IMG/VR virus record: IMGVR_UViG_3300020156_000028
Span: 557 to 64,556 of that record
Direction: 5' to 3' (one strand)
From: a virus
Taxonomy: Duplodnaviria > Caudoviricetes
DNA length: 64,000 nt
The notes under the pieces were generated by a model. It saw only the letters and a list, made by a program, of their open reading frames with translations. It had not been told where the DNA came from and searched no databases. Shown piece after piece: positions 9,371 to 19,494 of this stretch (its first letter is position 1; every line of letters begins with the position of its first letter). The translations under genes and the position numbers were made by a program.

Positions 9371-10877
9371 GATCATCTACGGAGCGTTCTGGCGCAAACC
9401 CAAGCTTCTCTGCGGTGTTGCGGAGGTGGAGGCCATCTACGGCCGCGCGCCGAAGATACTGACGCAATTCGATTTCCGGCCCTACCAGAAATGGATGGCC
9501 GAGTGCATGATCGAGAAGCCCGGCGTCTACATCGGCGCGGAAATGGGCCTCGGCAAGACTGCGGCCAGCCTGTTCGCGGCGGTCGCGCTCCTCCAGTCCT
9601 ATGTTGTGACTAAAATCCTAGTGGTTGCGCCGATCAATGTCGCCGAGAACACATGGCCGGAAGAGATCGCCAAATGGTCGTTCGCCCGCAACCTGACCTA
9701 CACGGTGATCACGGGCGACGAAGACGAACGGATCGCGGCGCTCCAGTATGGCGGCGACGTGCATATCATCAACCGTGAAAATCTGGTCTGGCTCAAGGAC
9801 CGCCTCGGCGTCCGGGGTTGGACCTACGACATGCTGATCTATGACGAAGCCCGGCGGCTTGCGGGCGGCATGAAGCGGACCAAGCCCACGACGCGCAAGG
9901 ACGGCACGAAGGGCGTCAAGAAGGTCTCGGGATTCGGCGTGCTTGCGAAAATGCGGTTCAAGTTCAAGCGGGTCGTCCTGCTATCGGGAACGCCGTCGCC
10001 GGAGGGGCTGGAAGACCTCTGGGGGCCGATCTTCATCATCGACAAGGGCCAGCGCCTCGGCACGTCCAAGACCGCGTTCCTCAAGCGGTGGTTCTCCTAC
10101 GACAACTGGACCCGGAAATGGACGCCACGCGACCATTCGGAAAAGCAGGTCATGCGTCGGGTCCGGGACGTGTTCTACAGTCTCAAGGAAGAGGACTACC
10201 TGACGCTCCCACCGCTGATCCAGAAGGATCACCGGATCATCCTGCCGCCGAAGGCCCGCGAGCAGTACGACCGCTTTGCCCGTGACATGGTGCTGGAGGA
10301 GTTCGATCTGGAGGCGGTCAACGGCGGCGTGCTGACGAACAAGCTTCTCCAGTTCGCCAACGGATCGCTCTACATGGACGACGGCACGACCAAGCACGTC
10401 CACGACGCCAAGCTCGACGTGCTGGAGCAGATCATGGAGGAGAGTCTGGGGAAGCAGGTCTTGGTCGCCTACTCGTTCCAGTTCGATATGGATCGGATCA
10501 AGAAACGCTTCCCCTACGTCCGCATTTTCGGCGAGACCAAGAACGATCTCCGCGATTGGAACGCCGGGAAGATCCGGATGCTCTTGACGCATCCGGCCAG
10601 CGCCGGGCACGGCATGAATTTCCAGTATGGCGGTCATATCGGGGTTTGGTATGGCATGACGTGGAGCCTTGAGCTTTACCTCCAGTTCAGAAAGCGGCTA
10701 CATAGGTCGGGCCAAGAGGCGGCGGCCGTGGTGCTGCACAGAATCCTTGCCAAGTACACGGCAGACGAAGCAGTCGCGGCGGCCCTCGATATCAAGGGCG
10801 CGCGGCAGGACAGGATCACGAACGCGGTTCGGGTCGATCTGGCGAAACGGTATCACAGTGAAAGGATGGCAGCATGA
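9318..10877 (+). CDS. SNF2-family helicase
   Basis: EMGLGKT, YDEA, LSGTP, SAGHGMNFQ, RLHRSGQ motifs. Confidence 0.92.
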   Translation: MPQLHIPKALRDDPAACEIIYGAFWRKPKLLCGVAEVEAIYGRAPKILTQFDFRPYQKWMAECMIEKPGVYIGAEMGLGKTAASLFAAVALLQSYVVTKILVVAPINVAENTWPEEIAKWSFARNLTYTVITGDEDERIAALQYGGDVHIINRENLVWLKDRLGVRGWTYDMLIYDEARRLAGGMKRTKPTTRKDGTKGVKKVSGFGVLAKMRFKFKRVVLLSGTPSPEGLEDLWGPIFIIDKGQRLGTSKTAFLKRWFSYDNWTRKWTPRDHSEKQVMRRVRDVFYSLKEEDYLTLPPLIQKDHRIILPPKAREQYDRFARDMVLEEFDLEAVNGGVLTNKLLQFANGSLYMDDGTTKHVHDAKLDVLEQIMEESLGKQVLVAYSFQFDMDRIKKRFPYVRIFGETKNDLRDWNAGKIRMLLTHPASAGHGMNFQYGGHIGVWYGMTWSLELYLQFRKRLHRSGQEAAAVVLHRILAKYTADEAVAAALDIKGARQDRITNAVRVDLAKRYHSERMAA

Positions 10878-11605
10878 GTGCCGCTGCAAAGCTACAGGAC
10901 CGGGCCGCTAAGGCTCTCGATATGCTGACGACCCGGAGTCGCGAGGAGAATACGTTCGCGACCGGCCGGGCCAATGCCGACCACCACCTCGGGCCGCATA
11001 TGGGTATCGATGCCGTGACGAAGGGCGTCACGGTGGGCTGGCTGGCCCAAGCTATGGACATGAACCACGATCAGGTGAAAAAGAAGCTGGCGAACTGCCC
11101 GCCGCTGCGGAAGTACAAGAACGGCTTCGTCTATGATTTCAAGATCGCGGTCGCCTATCTGATCAAGCCGAAGTTCGATATTGACAGCTACATTAAGCAG
11201 GCCCGGATCGAAGACTTGCCGCTGCGGCTCCAGACGGAGTTCTGGCAGGCGAAGAACCGCCGTCGGGAGTATGAGGAGCAGGCAGGTCGTCTCTGGCGTT
11301 CTGAACAGGTTTTCGAAGTGCTCGGCGAGGTGTTCCAGACCATCAAGTATTCGACGCAGCTTTGGTCGGCTAATCTGGAGCGCACGGTCGGTTTGAGCGA
11401 CGTGCAGCGCAAGCTCTTGCAGGGTATGATCGATAATCTCCAGTCCGATCTTCACGCCAAGCTGGTCGGGCTGGCGGCCAATAAGAAGACGAAATCGTTG
11501 CTCGCCGAGGAACTGGAGGACGAAGCGCGCGAGGAAGCCGAGCGGGCTGCGGCCGAGGCTGCGCACGATCAGGAAGAGGAGTTCGACGTTGCTGAATACG
11601 TTTGA
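10874..11605 (+). CDS. terS: Terminase small subunit (DUF1441-like)
   Basis: HTH-like N-half, LPLRLQTEFWQAK..R..YEEQAGRLW; directly upstream of TerL. Confidence 0.8.
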   Translation: MSAAAKLQDRAAKALDMLTTRSREENTFATGRANADHHLGPHMGIDAVTKGVTVGWLAQAMDMNHDQVKKKLANCPPLRKYKNGFVYDFKIAVAYLIKPKFDIDSYIKQARIEDLPLRLQTEFWQAKNRRREYEEQAGRLWRSEQVFEVLGEVFQTIKYSTQLWSANLERTVGLSDVQRKLLQGMIDNLQSDLHAKLVGLAANKKTKSLLAEELEDEAREEAERAAAEAAHDQEEEFDVAEYV

Positions 11606-13718
11606 ATCCATCGAAGACATGGTGGTCGCGGCGGCCGAGGGCGTCCGGCCCTCCGAACGCCTGACTGTCAGCGAAGCCACGGCCAAGTATCGCATGCTGC
11701 GGAACGTCGGCTCCTACGAAGGTCCGTGGCTGAACGAGACCACGCCGTACCTCGTGGAGCCCATGGACGAGACCACGAACGACCTCTACTCGACGGTGTG
11801 CTTTGTCGGCCCGGCTCAGTGCGGCAAGACCGACATGTTCCTGAACTACCTGACCTACAAGGTGATCTGCGATCCCGGCGACATCATGCTCGTGCAGACG
11901 GCGCAGAGCACGGCGCGCGACTTTTCGATCAGCCGCGTGGACCGCCTTCATCGCGCGACCGAGGCCGTCGGATCGCGGGTCATCAACGATAACGTCTATG
12001 ACAAGCGGTATCGCAACGGCATGCTCCTGCGCATGGTCTGGCCTTCGATCAACGAACTGTCTGGCCGCCCGGTCCCGGTGGTCTGGGAGACCGACTACGA
12101 CCGCATGCCGATGGACGTTGACGGCGAAGGCACACCATTCAGGCTTGGCGCGGCGCGCACCACCTCGTTCGGCCGCAACGGCAAGGTGATCGTGGAATCA
12201 TCGCCGGGCTTTATCGTGGACAACCCGCAATGGATTCCCGCGACGAACCACGAGGCCCCGCCGTGCGAGGGCATCTTGTCGATCTACAACTCCGGCGACC
12301 GGCGGCGCTGGTATTGGCAATGCGTGTCCTGCCGTAATTCCTTTGAGCCCCACCGCTCGCTCTTGTCTTGGGAGAACTCGGAAGACCCTATCGAGTGCGG
12401 CGAGACGGCCCGGATTACCTGTCCGCATTGCGAGCAGCGCTACTACGAGACCGATACCGACGTGCCGGGCAAGGCGGGCATGAACCAGTTGGTGGAGTGG
12501 GGCGGGCAGGCCCGGTGGGTGAAGGATGGCATGCTCTGGACCAAGGAAGGGCTGATCGGAAAGCCGTTCCGGTCCAAGGTCGCGTCGTTCTGGCTTATGG
12601 GGGTCGCCGCGACCTTCGCCAACTGGAGCGGGTTGGTGCAGGACTATCTTGCGGCCGAGAAGGAATATGCCGAGACCAGTTCCGAGAACACCCTCAAGGC
12701 GGTGATCAACACCAAGTTCGGCGAGCCCTACAAGCCCAAGGCCCAGACGTTCGCGCGCCTGCCGGAGATGCTTCGCTCGCGCGCTCGCGACTACGGCATC
12801 CGGGTCGTCCCGCACGGTGTCCGGTTCCTCGTCGCGACTATCGACGTGCAGAAAAACCGTTTCGTGGTGCAGGTCCACGGCGTCGGGACGGAGGATGTCT
12901 GGGTGGTGGACCGCTACGAGATCAAGTATTCGAAGCGCGAACAGCCGGACAACCCCGGCCAGCTTCAATATGTCAACGCAGCGGCCTTCCCGGAAGACTG
13001 GCGGCTGATCGCGACCGAGGTCATGCGCAAGTCCTACCCGCTGGCCGACGATCCCGACCGGCACATGGCGATCTGGCAGACCTTCTCGGATTCCGGTGGT
13101 GCCGAGGGCGTGACTTCGAACGCCTACGACTTCGTGCGGTGGCTGCGCTACGGTTACGAGGGTTCCGAGGAGTCGGTCGAGATGCAGGAGAAGTATCCGT
13201 GGTTCCCGCATCTGGCGGCACGTTTCCATCTCCTCAAGGGCGAACCCAAACTGGATGCCCCGCGCATCCGGGTCGGCTTCCCTGACAGCGAGCGCAAGGA
13301 CCGGCACGCGGGCGCGCGCGGCGAAATCCCGGTCATGTTCATCAATTCGAACATGATGAAAGATACCGTGGACGGCATCTTGGACCGCACGGAGCCCGGC
13401 GGCCGGGTGAATTTCCCGGATTGGCTTCCGATCAATTTCTACAAGGAATTGACAGTCGAGAGCAAAGACCCCAAAACGATGAAGTGGGCTAACCCTCACA
13501 AGTATCGCAACGAATCATGGGATTTGTTGGTATATCTCTATGCCGGGCTCTTGCATCGGACAATCAGTTGGGAGCATATCTCGTGGGATAACCCGCCCAC
13601 ATGGGCGGCCGAGTGGGATCGGAACGATATGATCTTCACGGTCAATGAGGCAATGCCCATGGATCAGGAGACCGACACCGGCCCCGATCTTGCGGCTCTT
13701 GGCGAACTGCTTGGGTGA
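11589..13718 (+). CDS. terL: Terminase large subunit, lambda GpA-type (cos-generating)
   Basis: TPYLVEPMD, Walker A GPAQCGKT, ESSPG, CxxC..CPHC, IDVQ nuclease motif, RNESWDLLVY. Confidence 0.93.
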   Translation: MLNTFESIEDMVVAAAEGVRPSERLTVSEATAKYRMLRNVGSYEGPWLNETTPYLVEPMDETTNDLYSTVCFVGPAQCGKTDMFLNYLTYKVICDPGDIMLVQTAQSTARDFSISRVDRLHRATEAVGSRVINDNVYDKRYRNGMLLRMVWPSINELSGRPVPVVWETDYDRMPMDVDGEGTPFRLGAARTTSFGRNGKVIVESSPGFIVDNPQWIPATNHEAPPCEGILSIYNSGDRRRWYWQCVSCRNSFEPHRSLLSWENSEDPIECGETARITCPHCEQRYYETDTDVPGKAGMNQLVEWGGQARWVKDGMLWTKEGLIGKPFRSKVASFWLMGVAATFANWSGLVQDYLAAEKEYAETSSENTLKAVINTKFGEPYKPKAQTFARLPEMLRSRARDYGIRVVPHGVRFLVATIDVQKNRFVVQVHGVGTEDVWVVDRYEIKYSKREQPDNPGQLQYVNAAAFPEDWRLIATEVMRKSYPLADDPDRHMAIWQTFSDSGGAEGVTSNAYDFVRWLRYGYEGSEESVEMQEKYPWFPHLAARFHLLKGEPKLDAPRIRVGFPDSERKDRHAGARGEIPVMFINSNMMKDTVDGILDRTEPGGRVNFPDWLPINFYKELTVESKDPKTMKWANPHKYRNESWDLLVYLYAGLLHRTISWEHISWDNPPTWAAEWDRNDMIFTVNEAMPMDQETDTGPDLAALGELLG

Positions 13719-13721
13719 TTG

Positions 13722-13940
13722 ATGGCGACGAAAGAACAATTGACCGCATGGCTGGCCGACGCAGAAGAGCAGTACCACATGCTCTCGACCGGCCGAGCCG
13801 TGCGGGTCTTCGTTGACCAGAACGGCGAGCGTATCGAGTATGGAACCGGGTCGCTCCTCCAGCTTTCGAAGTACATCGCCGAACTGAAACGCCAGCTTGG
13901 GCTTGTCACCGTGAGCGGCCCTCTGAATGTGTGGATGTAA
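13722..13940 (+). CDS. Head-to-tail joining protein, gpW-like
   Basis: 72 aa between TerL and portal; YHMLSTGRAVRVFVDQNGERIEY..L.KYIAELKRQLG. Confidence 0.85.
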   Translation: MATKEQLTAWLADAEEQYHMLSTGRAVRVFVDQNGERIEYGTGSLLQLSKYIAELKRQLGLVTVSGPLNVWM

Positions 13941-15589
13941 TGGATCAGCTTAGTGCAGAAATCGTCCGCGACATCGAAGCCGTAGTCGGCCCGGTCGGCA
14001 AGGACATGGCTATCGGCGGGGCCTACGAAGGCACCGACCGTTTCGACCGTAGCATGGCGACATGGGCTCCTCCTATCCAGTCAGTGGACGCCGACATCAT
14101 CCCGATCAAACAGACCGCCGACGCGCGTGTCAACGATCTGGCCCGCAATGACGGCTACGTGCAGTCGGGCATGGAGATCAACAAGAACTCCATCGTCGGC
14201 TCCATGTACCTCCTCAATTCGAAGCCCGAGCTTCGGGTTCTCGGTCTGGACGACCAGTGGGCCACGGAGTTTCAGGAGGAGGTCGAGGCCAAATTCACCC
14301 TCGGCGCGGAGAGCGTAAATTGCTGGCTGGACGCCGCCCGCAAGCAGACTTTCACAAGCCTGATCCGTATGGCAATCGGATCGGTCGCTGCGACCGGCGA
14401 AATGCTGGCGACGGCCGAATGGCTCCGGGCAACGGAGCGGCCGTTCCGCACGGCGGTTCAGATGATCGACCCGGCCCGGCTCCACACCCCGTTCCACCGC
14501 CTGCCGGACAAGAACATCCGGGGCGGCGTGCAGATGGACCGCTACGGCGCGCCTATCGGATACTGGATCAAGGACAACCCGGCGCAAGGTCTAACATTCC
14601 CGATGACTGGCGGCATGGACGAAGCGAAGTTCATCCCGGCCCGAAAGCCGTGGGGCCGCCGTCAGGTGATCCATATCGTGGAGCAACGCCGTCCGCATCA
14701 GACGCGCGGGATCGCCGATATGGTGGCCGGTCTGATGGAGACCAAGATCGCCAAGCAGTTTCGCAAGGTGACGCTCCAGAACGCGGTCACGGGGGCCATG
14801 TTCGCCGCGACCATCGAGTCCGAGCTTCCGGCGGAAGCCGTCTACGCGCAGCTTGGCTCCGGCAACGTGTCTCCGGGCGCGGCCGCCGGAACCTTCGGCG
14901 CGGACTATCTCAAGGCGGTCGCCCAGTACGCCGCCTCGGCCAAGGGCCTCCAGATCGACGGCGTGAAAATCCCGCACCTCTTCCCCGGCACGAAGTTTCA
15001 GCTTCGCCCCGTCGGCACGCCCGGCGGCGTCGGACAGGAGTTCGAACAGTCCTTGATCCGTTACACGGCGGCGCTCCTCGGTATCAGCTACGAGCAGCTT
15101 TCCAAGGATTACTCCAAGACCAACTATTCGAGCATGAAGGGCGGCATCAACGAAACCTTCAAGTTCATGATGTCGCGCAAGAAGGCGGTCGCCGATATGT
15201 TCGCGACCATCGTCTTCATGCTTTGGTTCGAAGAGATGATCGGCCGTGGCGAGATCGAAGCCATGAAGTACAGCCGCGCGCCGAACTATTACGAGCCGTT
15301 GATGGCGGAAGCCTATTGCCAGTGTGATTGGATTGGTGCCTCGCGCGGCCAGATTGACGAACTCAAGGAAACGCAGGCCGCGATCCTGCGCATCCGCTCC
15401 GGCCTGTCTACGTGGGAAGACGAGCTTGGCCGTCTCGGCAAGGACTGGCGCAAGGTGTTCCAGCAGCTTGAGCGCGAGCAGAAAGAGATCAAGGATCGCG
15501 AGATCATGCTCGCCGACGATCCGGGGGCTATCGCCGCCGAGCGCGAGGCCAATGAAGAGAACGTAGGAACGGCAGGGTCCAATGGCTAA
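13940..15589 (+). CDS. Portal protein, lambda family
   Basis: DLARND, GGVQMDRYGAPIGY, RPHQTRG, GISYEQLSKDYSKTNYSS, IDELKE motifs. Confidence 0.93.
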   Translation: MDQLSAEIVRDIEAVVGPVGKDMAIGGAYEGTDRFDRSMATWAPPIQSVDADIIPIKQTADARVNDLARNDGYVQSGMEINKNSIVGSMYLLNSKPELRVLGLDDQWATEFQEEVEAKFTLGAESVNCWLDAARKQTFTSLIRMAIGSVAATGEMLATAEWLRATERPFRTAVQMIDPARLHTPFHRLPDKNIRGGVQMDRYGAPIGYWIKDNPAQGLTFPMTGGMDEAKFIPARKPWGRRQVIHIVEQRRPHQTRGIADMVAGLMETKIAKQFRKVTLQNAVTGAMFAATIESELPAEAVYAQLGSGNVSPGAAAGTFGADYLKAVAQYAASAKGLQIDGVKIPHLFPGTKFQLRPVGTPGGVGQEFEQSLIRYTAALLGISYEQLSKDYSKTNYSSMKGGINETFKFMMSRKKAVADMFATIVFMLWFEEMIGRGEIEAMKYSRAPNYYEPLMAEAYCQCDWIGASRGQIDELKETQAAILRIRSGLSTWEDELGRLGKDWRKVFQQLEREQKEIKDREIMLADDPGAIAAEREANEENVGTAGSNG

Positions 15590-16991
15590 GATCACCGCAT
15601 CCCCTCTGGCGGCGCAGCTTTCCATGGAGCCCTTGCTGGTCGACTCCAACTCGGCCGAGTTTTTCCAGTCGTGCCTCCTGCATGTCATGACGCACGAGCA
15701 TGCGAGCGAGATGGTGGACTCGCGCATGGCGACGAACGATGACGACTTCTGGGGCAACCCGGATGATCCCGACGACTGGCTGCACTACTACCGCCCCTAC
15801 AACGTGATCGACGGGGTGCTGCAAATCCCCGTGATGGGGGTCTTGCTTTCGCAGTTTCCGTGGCAGCTTGGCCGGTGGGCCACGGGCTACAAGTATATCG
15901 AGATGGCCTTCCGGCGCGGGCTGGAAGACCCGGAGGTCATGGGATTCGCGCTCGTTATCAACTCGCCCGGCGGCGAGGTGACAGAGTGCTTCGAACTTTC
16001 GGACAAAATCTACGAGTGGCGCGACGAAAAGCCGGTGCGGGCCTTCTGTGCCAACTACGCCTATTCCGCCGCCTACAATCTGGCCGCCGCCGCCGGGCCG
16101 GACAATGTGATCATCACGCGCTCGGGCGGCGCGGGTTCTGTGGGTGTCGTCACCGCGCATGTCGAATATTCGAAGATGCTTGACGATATCGGTATCAAGG
16201 TCACGTACATCTTCGCCGGGTCGCACAAGGTTGACGGAAATCCTTACGAAGCTTTGTCTCCCGCAGCAAAAAAGCGGACGCAGGCACGTATCGACAAGAT
16301 TTACGGCGTCTTCACCTCGACGGTTGCTCGCAATCGTGGCATGGAGGAGGAAGATGTTCGTGCGACCGAAGCGTTGACATATGATGCCGAGGAAGCGATT
16401 GAGATCGGGTTCGCTGATCGCATCGGCGCTCTTGATGAAGAACTGGTCGTGTATGCGACCGAATTGGCCGACAATGTAGGAGACACGTACATGGCTATTC
16501 AGGGAAATGCGACCGGCAAGAAGCCCGTCGGTCAGGACGACAATGCGCAGGGCTACACGCAGGAGCAGGTTGATGCCATGGTGGCGGAAGCCAAGGCCGA
16601 AGGTCTCGCCGAAGGCGCTACCGCCGAGCGCGCCCGTTATACCGAGATCATGGGGCTCGAAGAGGCCGCGACCCGGCCTGCCGCCGCTTCCATGCTGGTA
16701 GAACTCGGCGTGGACGCCGCGACCGCCAAGGCCAAGCTGGCGAAGATGCCGGAAGAGACCAAGGCCGCCGTCGAGGAAAAGACCGACGACAAGGCTACCG
16801 AAAAGGCCAAGAACAAGGACGGTCTCCGCAATCATTTCACCGAAGCCATGGACAAGACCAAGAACCCGGACATCTCGGCCACGGGCGGCGACGATGACGA
16901 GACCGAGGGCGACAAGAGCGCCGCCAACACCAATTCTATTCTGGCGTCCTTCGCAGCCACGACGGGCATCCAGAAGAAGAAGACCGCGTAA
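15582..16991 (+). CDS. S49 capsid maturation protease with C-terminal scaffold domain (lambda C/Nu3-like)
   Basis: INSPGGE, AYSAAY, GSVGV, GSHKVDGNPYE; likely in-frame scaffold start at 16491 with AGGAG RBS. Confidence 0.9.
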   Translation: MAKITASPLAAQLSMEPLLVDSNSAEFFQSCLLHVMTHEHASEMVDSRMATNDDDFWGNPDDPDDWLHYYRPYNVIDGVLQIPVMGVLLSQFPWQLGRWATGYKYIEMAFRRGLEDPEVMGFALVINSPGGEVTECFELSDKIYEWRDEKPVRAFCANYAYSAAYNLAAAAGPDNVIITRSGGAGSVGVVTAHVEYSKMLDDIGIKVTYIFAGSHKVDGNPYEALSPAAKKRTQARIDKIYGVFTSTVARNRGMEEEDVRATEALTYDAEEAIEIGFADRIGALDEELVVYATELADNVGDTYMAIQGNATGKKPVGQDDNAQGYTQEQVDAMVAEAKAEGLAEGATAERARYTEIMGLEEAATRPAAASMLVELGVDAATAKAKLAKMPEETKAAVEEKTDDKATEKAKNKDGLRNHFTEAMDKTKNPDISATGGDDDETEGDKSAANTNSILASFAATTGIQKKKTA

Positions 16992-17033
16992 CCCGACTTC
17001 GCCGGGATGTTTCAACTCTAGCAGGAGAGAACA

Positions 17034-17477
17034 ATGCCTCCGATTGATAATAAAATCCCGTTGAATGATCCCGGTATCGCGGGCTTCGCAACGGAATCGT
17101 GGGAAAGCGCGCAGGAGCCTCGCTACGGCGAGGGCGTGCCGACCACCACCCACCGCACGGTCAAGTCCACGGCGGGCATTACGCTCGGCCTGTACTCGGT
17201 CGTCTCCGTCGCCGCTGACGGTGAGATCGCACTGGCCGAGCACGACGCCACCGAGGGGTCCAATGCCTACGGCATCCTCGCGATGCCGATTGCACTGACC
17301 GCCGGGCAGTCCATGTCGGCCGCGTTCTACCGCGAAGGGCACTGGAATCAGGAGTCCATGGTCTGGGATGCTTCGTTCGACACGGACGCCAAGAAGCAGG
17401 CTGCTTTCGAAGGCGGCGTGTCGCCGAACATTTTCATCAGCAAGAAAAACTTCCCGAACAGCGCCATCAACATCTGA
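17034..17477 (+). CDS. Head decoration protein (lambda D-like)
   Basis: Between protease and capsid gene; AYGILA...FYREGHWNQESMVW. Confidence 0.8.
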   Translation: MPPIDNKIPLNDPGIAGFATESWESAQEPRYGEGVPTTTHRTVKSTAGITLGLYSVVSVAADGEIALAEHDATEGSNAYGILAMPIALTAGQSMSAAFYREGHWNQESMVWDASFDTDAKKQAAFEGGVSPNIFISKKNFPNSAINI

Positions 17478-17518
17478 TGTTGGTGGCCTAGCTCGCCCAA
17501 GAAAAGGAAACCCTAACT

Positions 17519-18568
17519 ATGGAACCCACAATCTACGACAGCCGGACGCTCTTGGGCGTGTTTTGGGATAACACGTACATGGAGCCGCCGGAAAATTACT
17601 GGCTGTCTTTCTTCCCGACGACGCTCAACTTCACGACTGAAACCATCGATTTCAGCCAGTTGAACGACGTTCGCAAGCTGGCTCCTCTGGTCGTGCCGAC
17701 CGCGCAAGGTGTGCCGATCTACTCGGCCGCCGAGCGTCTGGTGCAGGTCAAGCCCGCCTACGTCAAGCCCAAGGACCCCGTGACTGCGACCCGCATGATC
17801 CGCCGGGCCGCCGGTCTCGGCGAACTCGGGCAGCTTGTCCCGCTGACGCCGCAGCAGCGCTATCAGGCCATCGTCGCCGACATCATCCGCCAGCATCGCT
17901 TCGCTATCGAGCGCCGTTGGGAATGGCTGGCGGCCGGTGCGATCATCGACGCCAAGAACATTCTGGAAGACGAGCGCTACCCCCGGACGGTGGTGGATTT
18001 CCAGCGCAACGCGGCGCAGACCGTCGTCCTTGGTGCGGGAGCCCGTTGGGGCGATGCCGGGGTTTCGATCCTCGACAACGTAGCCGCGTGGCGCTCCACG
18101 GCCCGCAGGGCACGGTTCGGCGGCGTCACCAACCGCCTGACCATCGGCACCGATGTCTGGGATGTCATGCGCCACGACCCGGAAATCAAGGAACTGCTTA
18201 ACACGCAGTACCGCTCCGGGGCGAACGTCAACCTGTCCCTCGGCATGCTCGAAGGTCTGGAAGTCGAGCGCGTCGGCAATATCGAGACGCTGGAAGTCTA
18301 CGTCTACTCGGACTACTACCAGCAGCCCGACGGGACCGTGGTTCCTTACATGTCGCCCAAGGACATCGTGCTGACCGGCCCGAACGTTCGCGGCGTGCGC
18401 TGCTACGGCGCGATTCAGGACATCGGGGCGAACCTCCAGCCGCTCTCCGTGTTCTCGAAAATGTGGAACGAAGAGGACCCGTCGGCGACGTTCATCATGA
18501 CGCAATCGGCCCCTCTGATGGTTCCCATCAACCCGAACGCGACCTTCAAGGCGACCGTCGTCGCCTGA
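17519..18568 (+). CDS. Major capsid protein (lambda E family)
   Basis: KLAPLVVPTAQG, KPAYVKPK, IERRWEWLAA, WNEEDPS...TQSAPLMVP. Confidence 0.93.
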   Translation: MEPTIYDSRTLLGVFWDNTYMEPPENYWLSFFPTTLNFTTETIDFSQLNDVRKLAPLVVPTAQGVPIYSAAERLVQVKPAYVKPKDPVTATRMIRRAAGLGELGQLVPLTPQQRYQAIVADIIRQHRFAIERRWEWLAAGAIIDAKNILEDERYPRTVVDFQRNAAQTVVLGAGARWGDAGVSILDNVAAWRSTARRARFGGVTNRLTIGTDVWDVMRHDPEIKELLNTQYRSGANVNLSLGMLEGLEVERVGNIETLEVYVYSDYYQQPDGTVVPYMSPKDIVLTGPNVRGVRCYGAIQDIGANLQPLSVFSKMWNEEDPSATFIMTQSAPLMVPINPNATFKATVVA

Positions 18569-18582
18569 TCGGTAGCAATAGT

Positions 18583-18604
18583 GGGCGGCCCTCGGGCCGC
18601 CTTT
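18583..18604 (+). terminator. Putative terminator after capsid gene
   Basis: GGCGGCC-CTCG-GGCCGCC-TTT. Confidence 0.6.
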
Positions 18605-18631
18605 CACACAGTTCCATGACGGAGAAATATC

Positions 18632-19060
18632 ATGGCAAAGGAATCCAACGAAAAGGGCACCAAGCTGATCGCCATGGGCCAAATCATCCGTGTCACCGAA
18701 CCCGGTGAGCACGGCGACCGCGCCAAGGGCGTCCCGGCGAAGAAGCCGAAGGTCCAGACCATCATGCCGGGCACCGTGTTCATGTCCTCGGGCGAAGAAC
18801 TCAAGGCCCTGCGCGAAGCCAACGCCGTGCGCGACTGGTCGGAAGAAGACGAGAAGGCGTTCAGCCGCATGAGCAATGTCGTCGGCGGTGGCGAGTTCGA
18901 TGAAGCGATCAACCAGAACGCCGACCGGAACGACACTTCGGGCTCCACGGCTTCGATGAAAGCCACCAGCACGAAGTCCGGCGGCACGGCCGGGCAGGCT
19001 GGCAGCAAGTCGGGGCAGGCGGCTTCGAAGTCCACGCCGACCAATACCGACGTGGTGTGA
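18632..19060 (+). CDS. Hypothetical head/packaging-associated protein
   Basis: 142 aa, GGAG RBS, low-complexity S/T/A/G tail; position after capsid gene. Confidence 0.7.
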   Translation: MAKESNEKGTKLIAMGQIIRVTEPGEHGDRAKGVPAKKPKVQTIMPGTVFMSSGEELKALREANAVRDWSEEDEKAFSRMSNVVGGGEFDEAINQNADRNDTSGSTASMKATSTKSGGTAGQAGSKSGQAASKSTPTNTDVV

Positions 19061-19494
19061 TGATCAGCGCGCATCGCCAGATCAAGCTACAGGCGCGCCG
19101 TGACCTGCATCGAGCATTGCAGGACACGGCGTACTGCTACTTGGGCGGCGGTCGCGTCTTCAAGGTCGTCCACGTCCGGTCCTTGACCGAATGGGGCGCT
19201 CTTGGCGACGTGAAGGGCACGAGCTTCGTCTATGCGGAGCGGAACGATACGCGCAAATCCCAGATCATCTTCCTCGTGGAAGAGCACACCCCGCAGCGTG
19301 GGGATGTCGTTATTCTGGCCGAAGACGACGGCTGGCGTGTGGATAACACGGAGCCGGTCTACAATGTGACTCAGGCCGCCAACGTATCGCGACTACCGGC
19401 GAAGGAACTGGCGCTATTCGTGGCCCCTCCTGCGATTGCCGTGTACTCGGCAATGACTGGATTCCTGCCCATGATCTCGGGAGAGCTTGGGTGA
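19060..19494 (+). CDS. Head-tail adaptor/closure protein
   Basis: Synteny; ARRDLHRAL N-terminus and P.RGDVV...WRVDNTEP beta-rich pattern. Confidence 0.7.
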   Translation: MISAHRQIKLQARRDLHRALQDTAYCYLGGGRVFKVVHVRSLTEWGALGDVKGTSFVYAERNDTRKSQIIFLVEEHTPQRGDVVILAEDDGWRVDNTEPVYNVTQAANVSRLPAKELALFVAPPAIAVYSAMTGFLPMISGELG

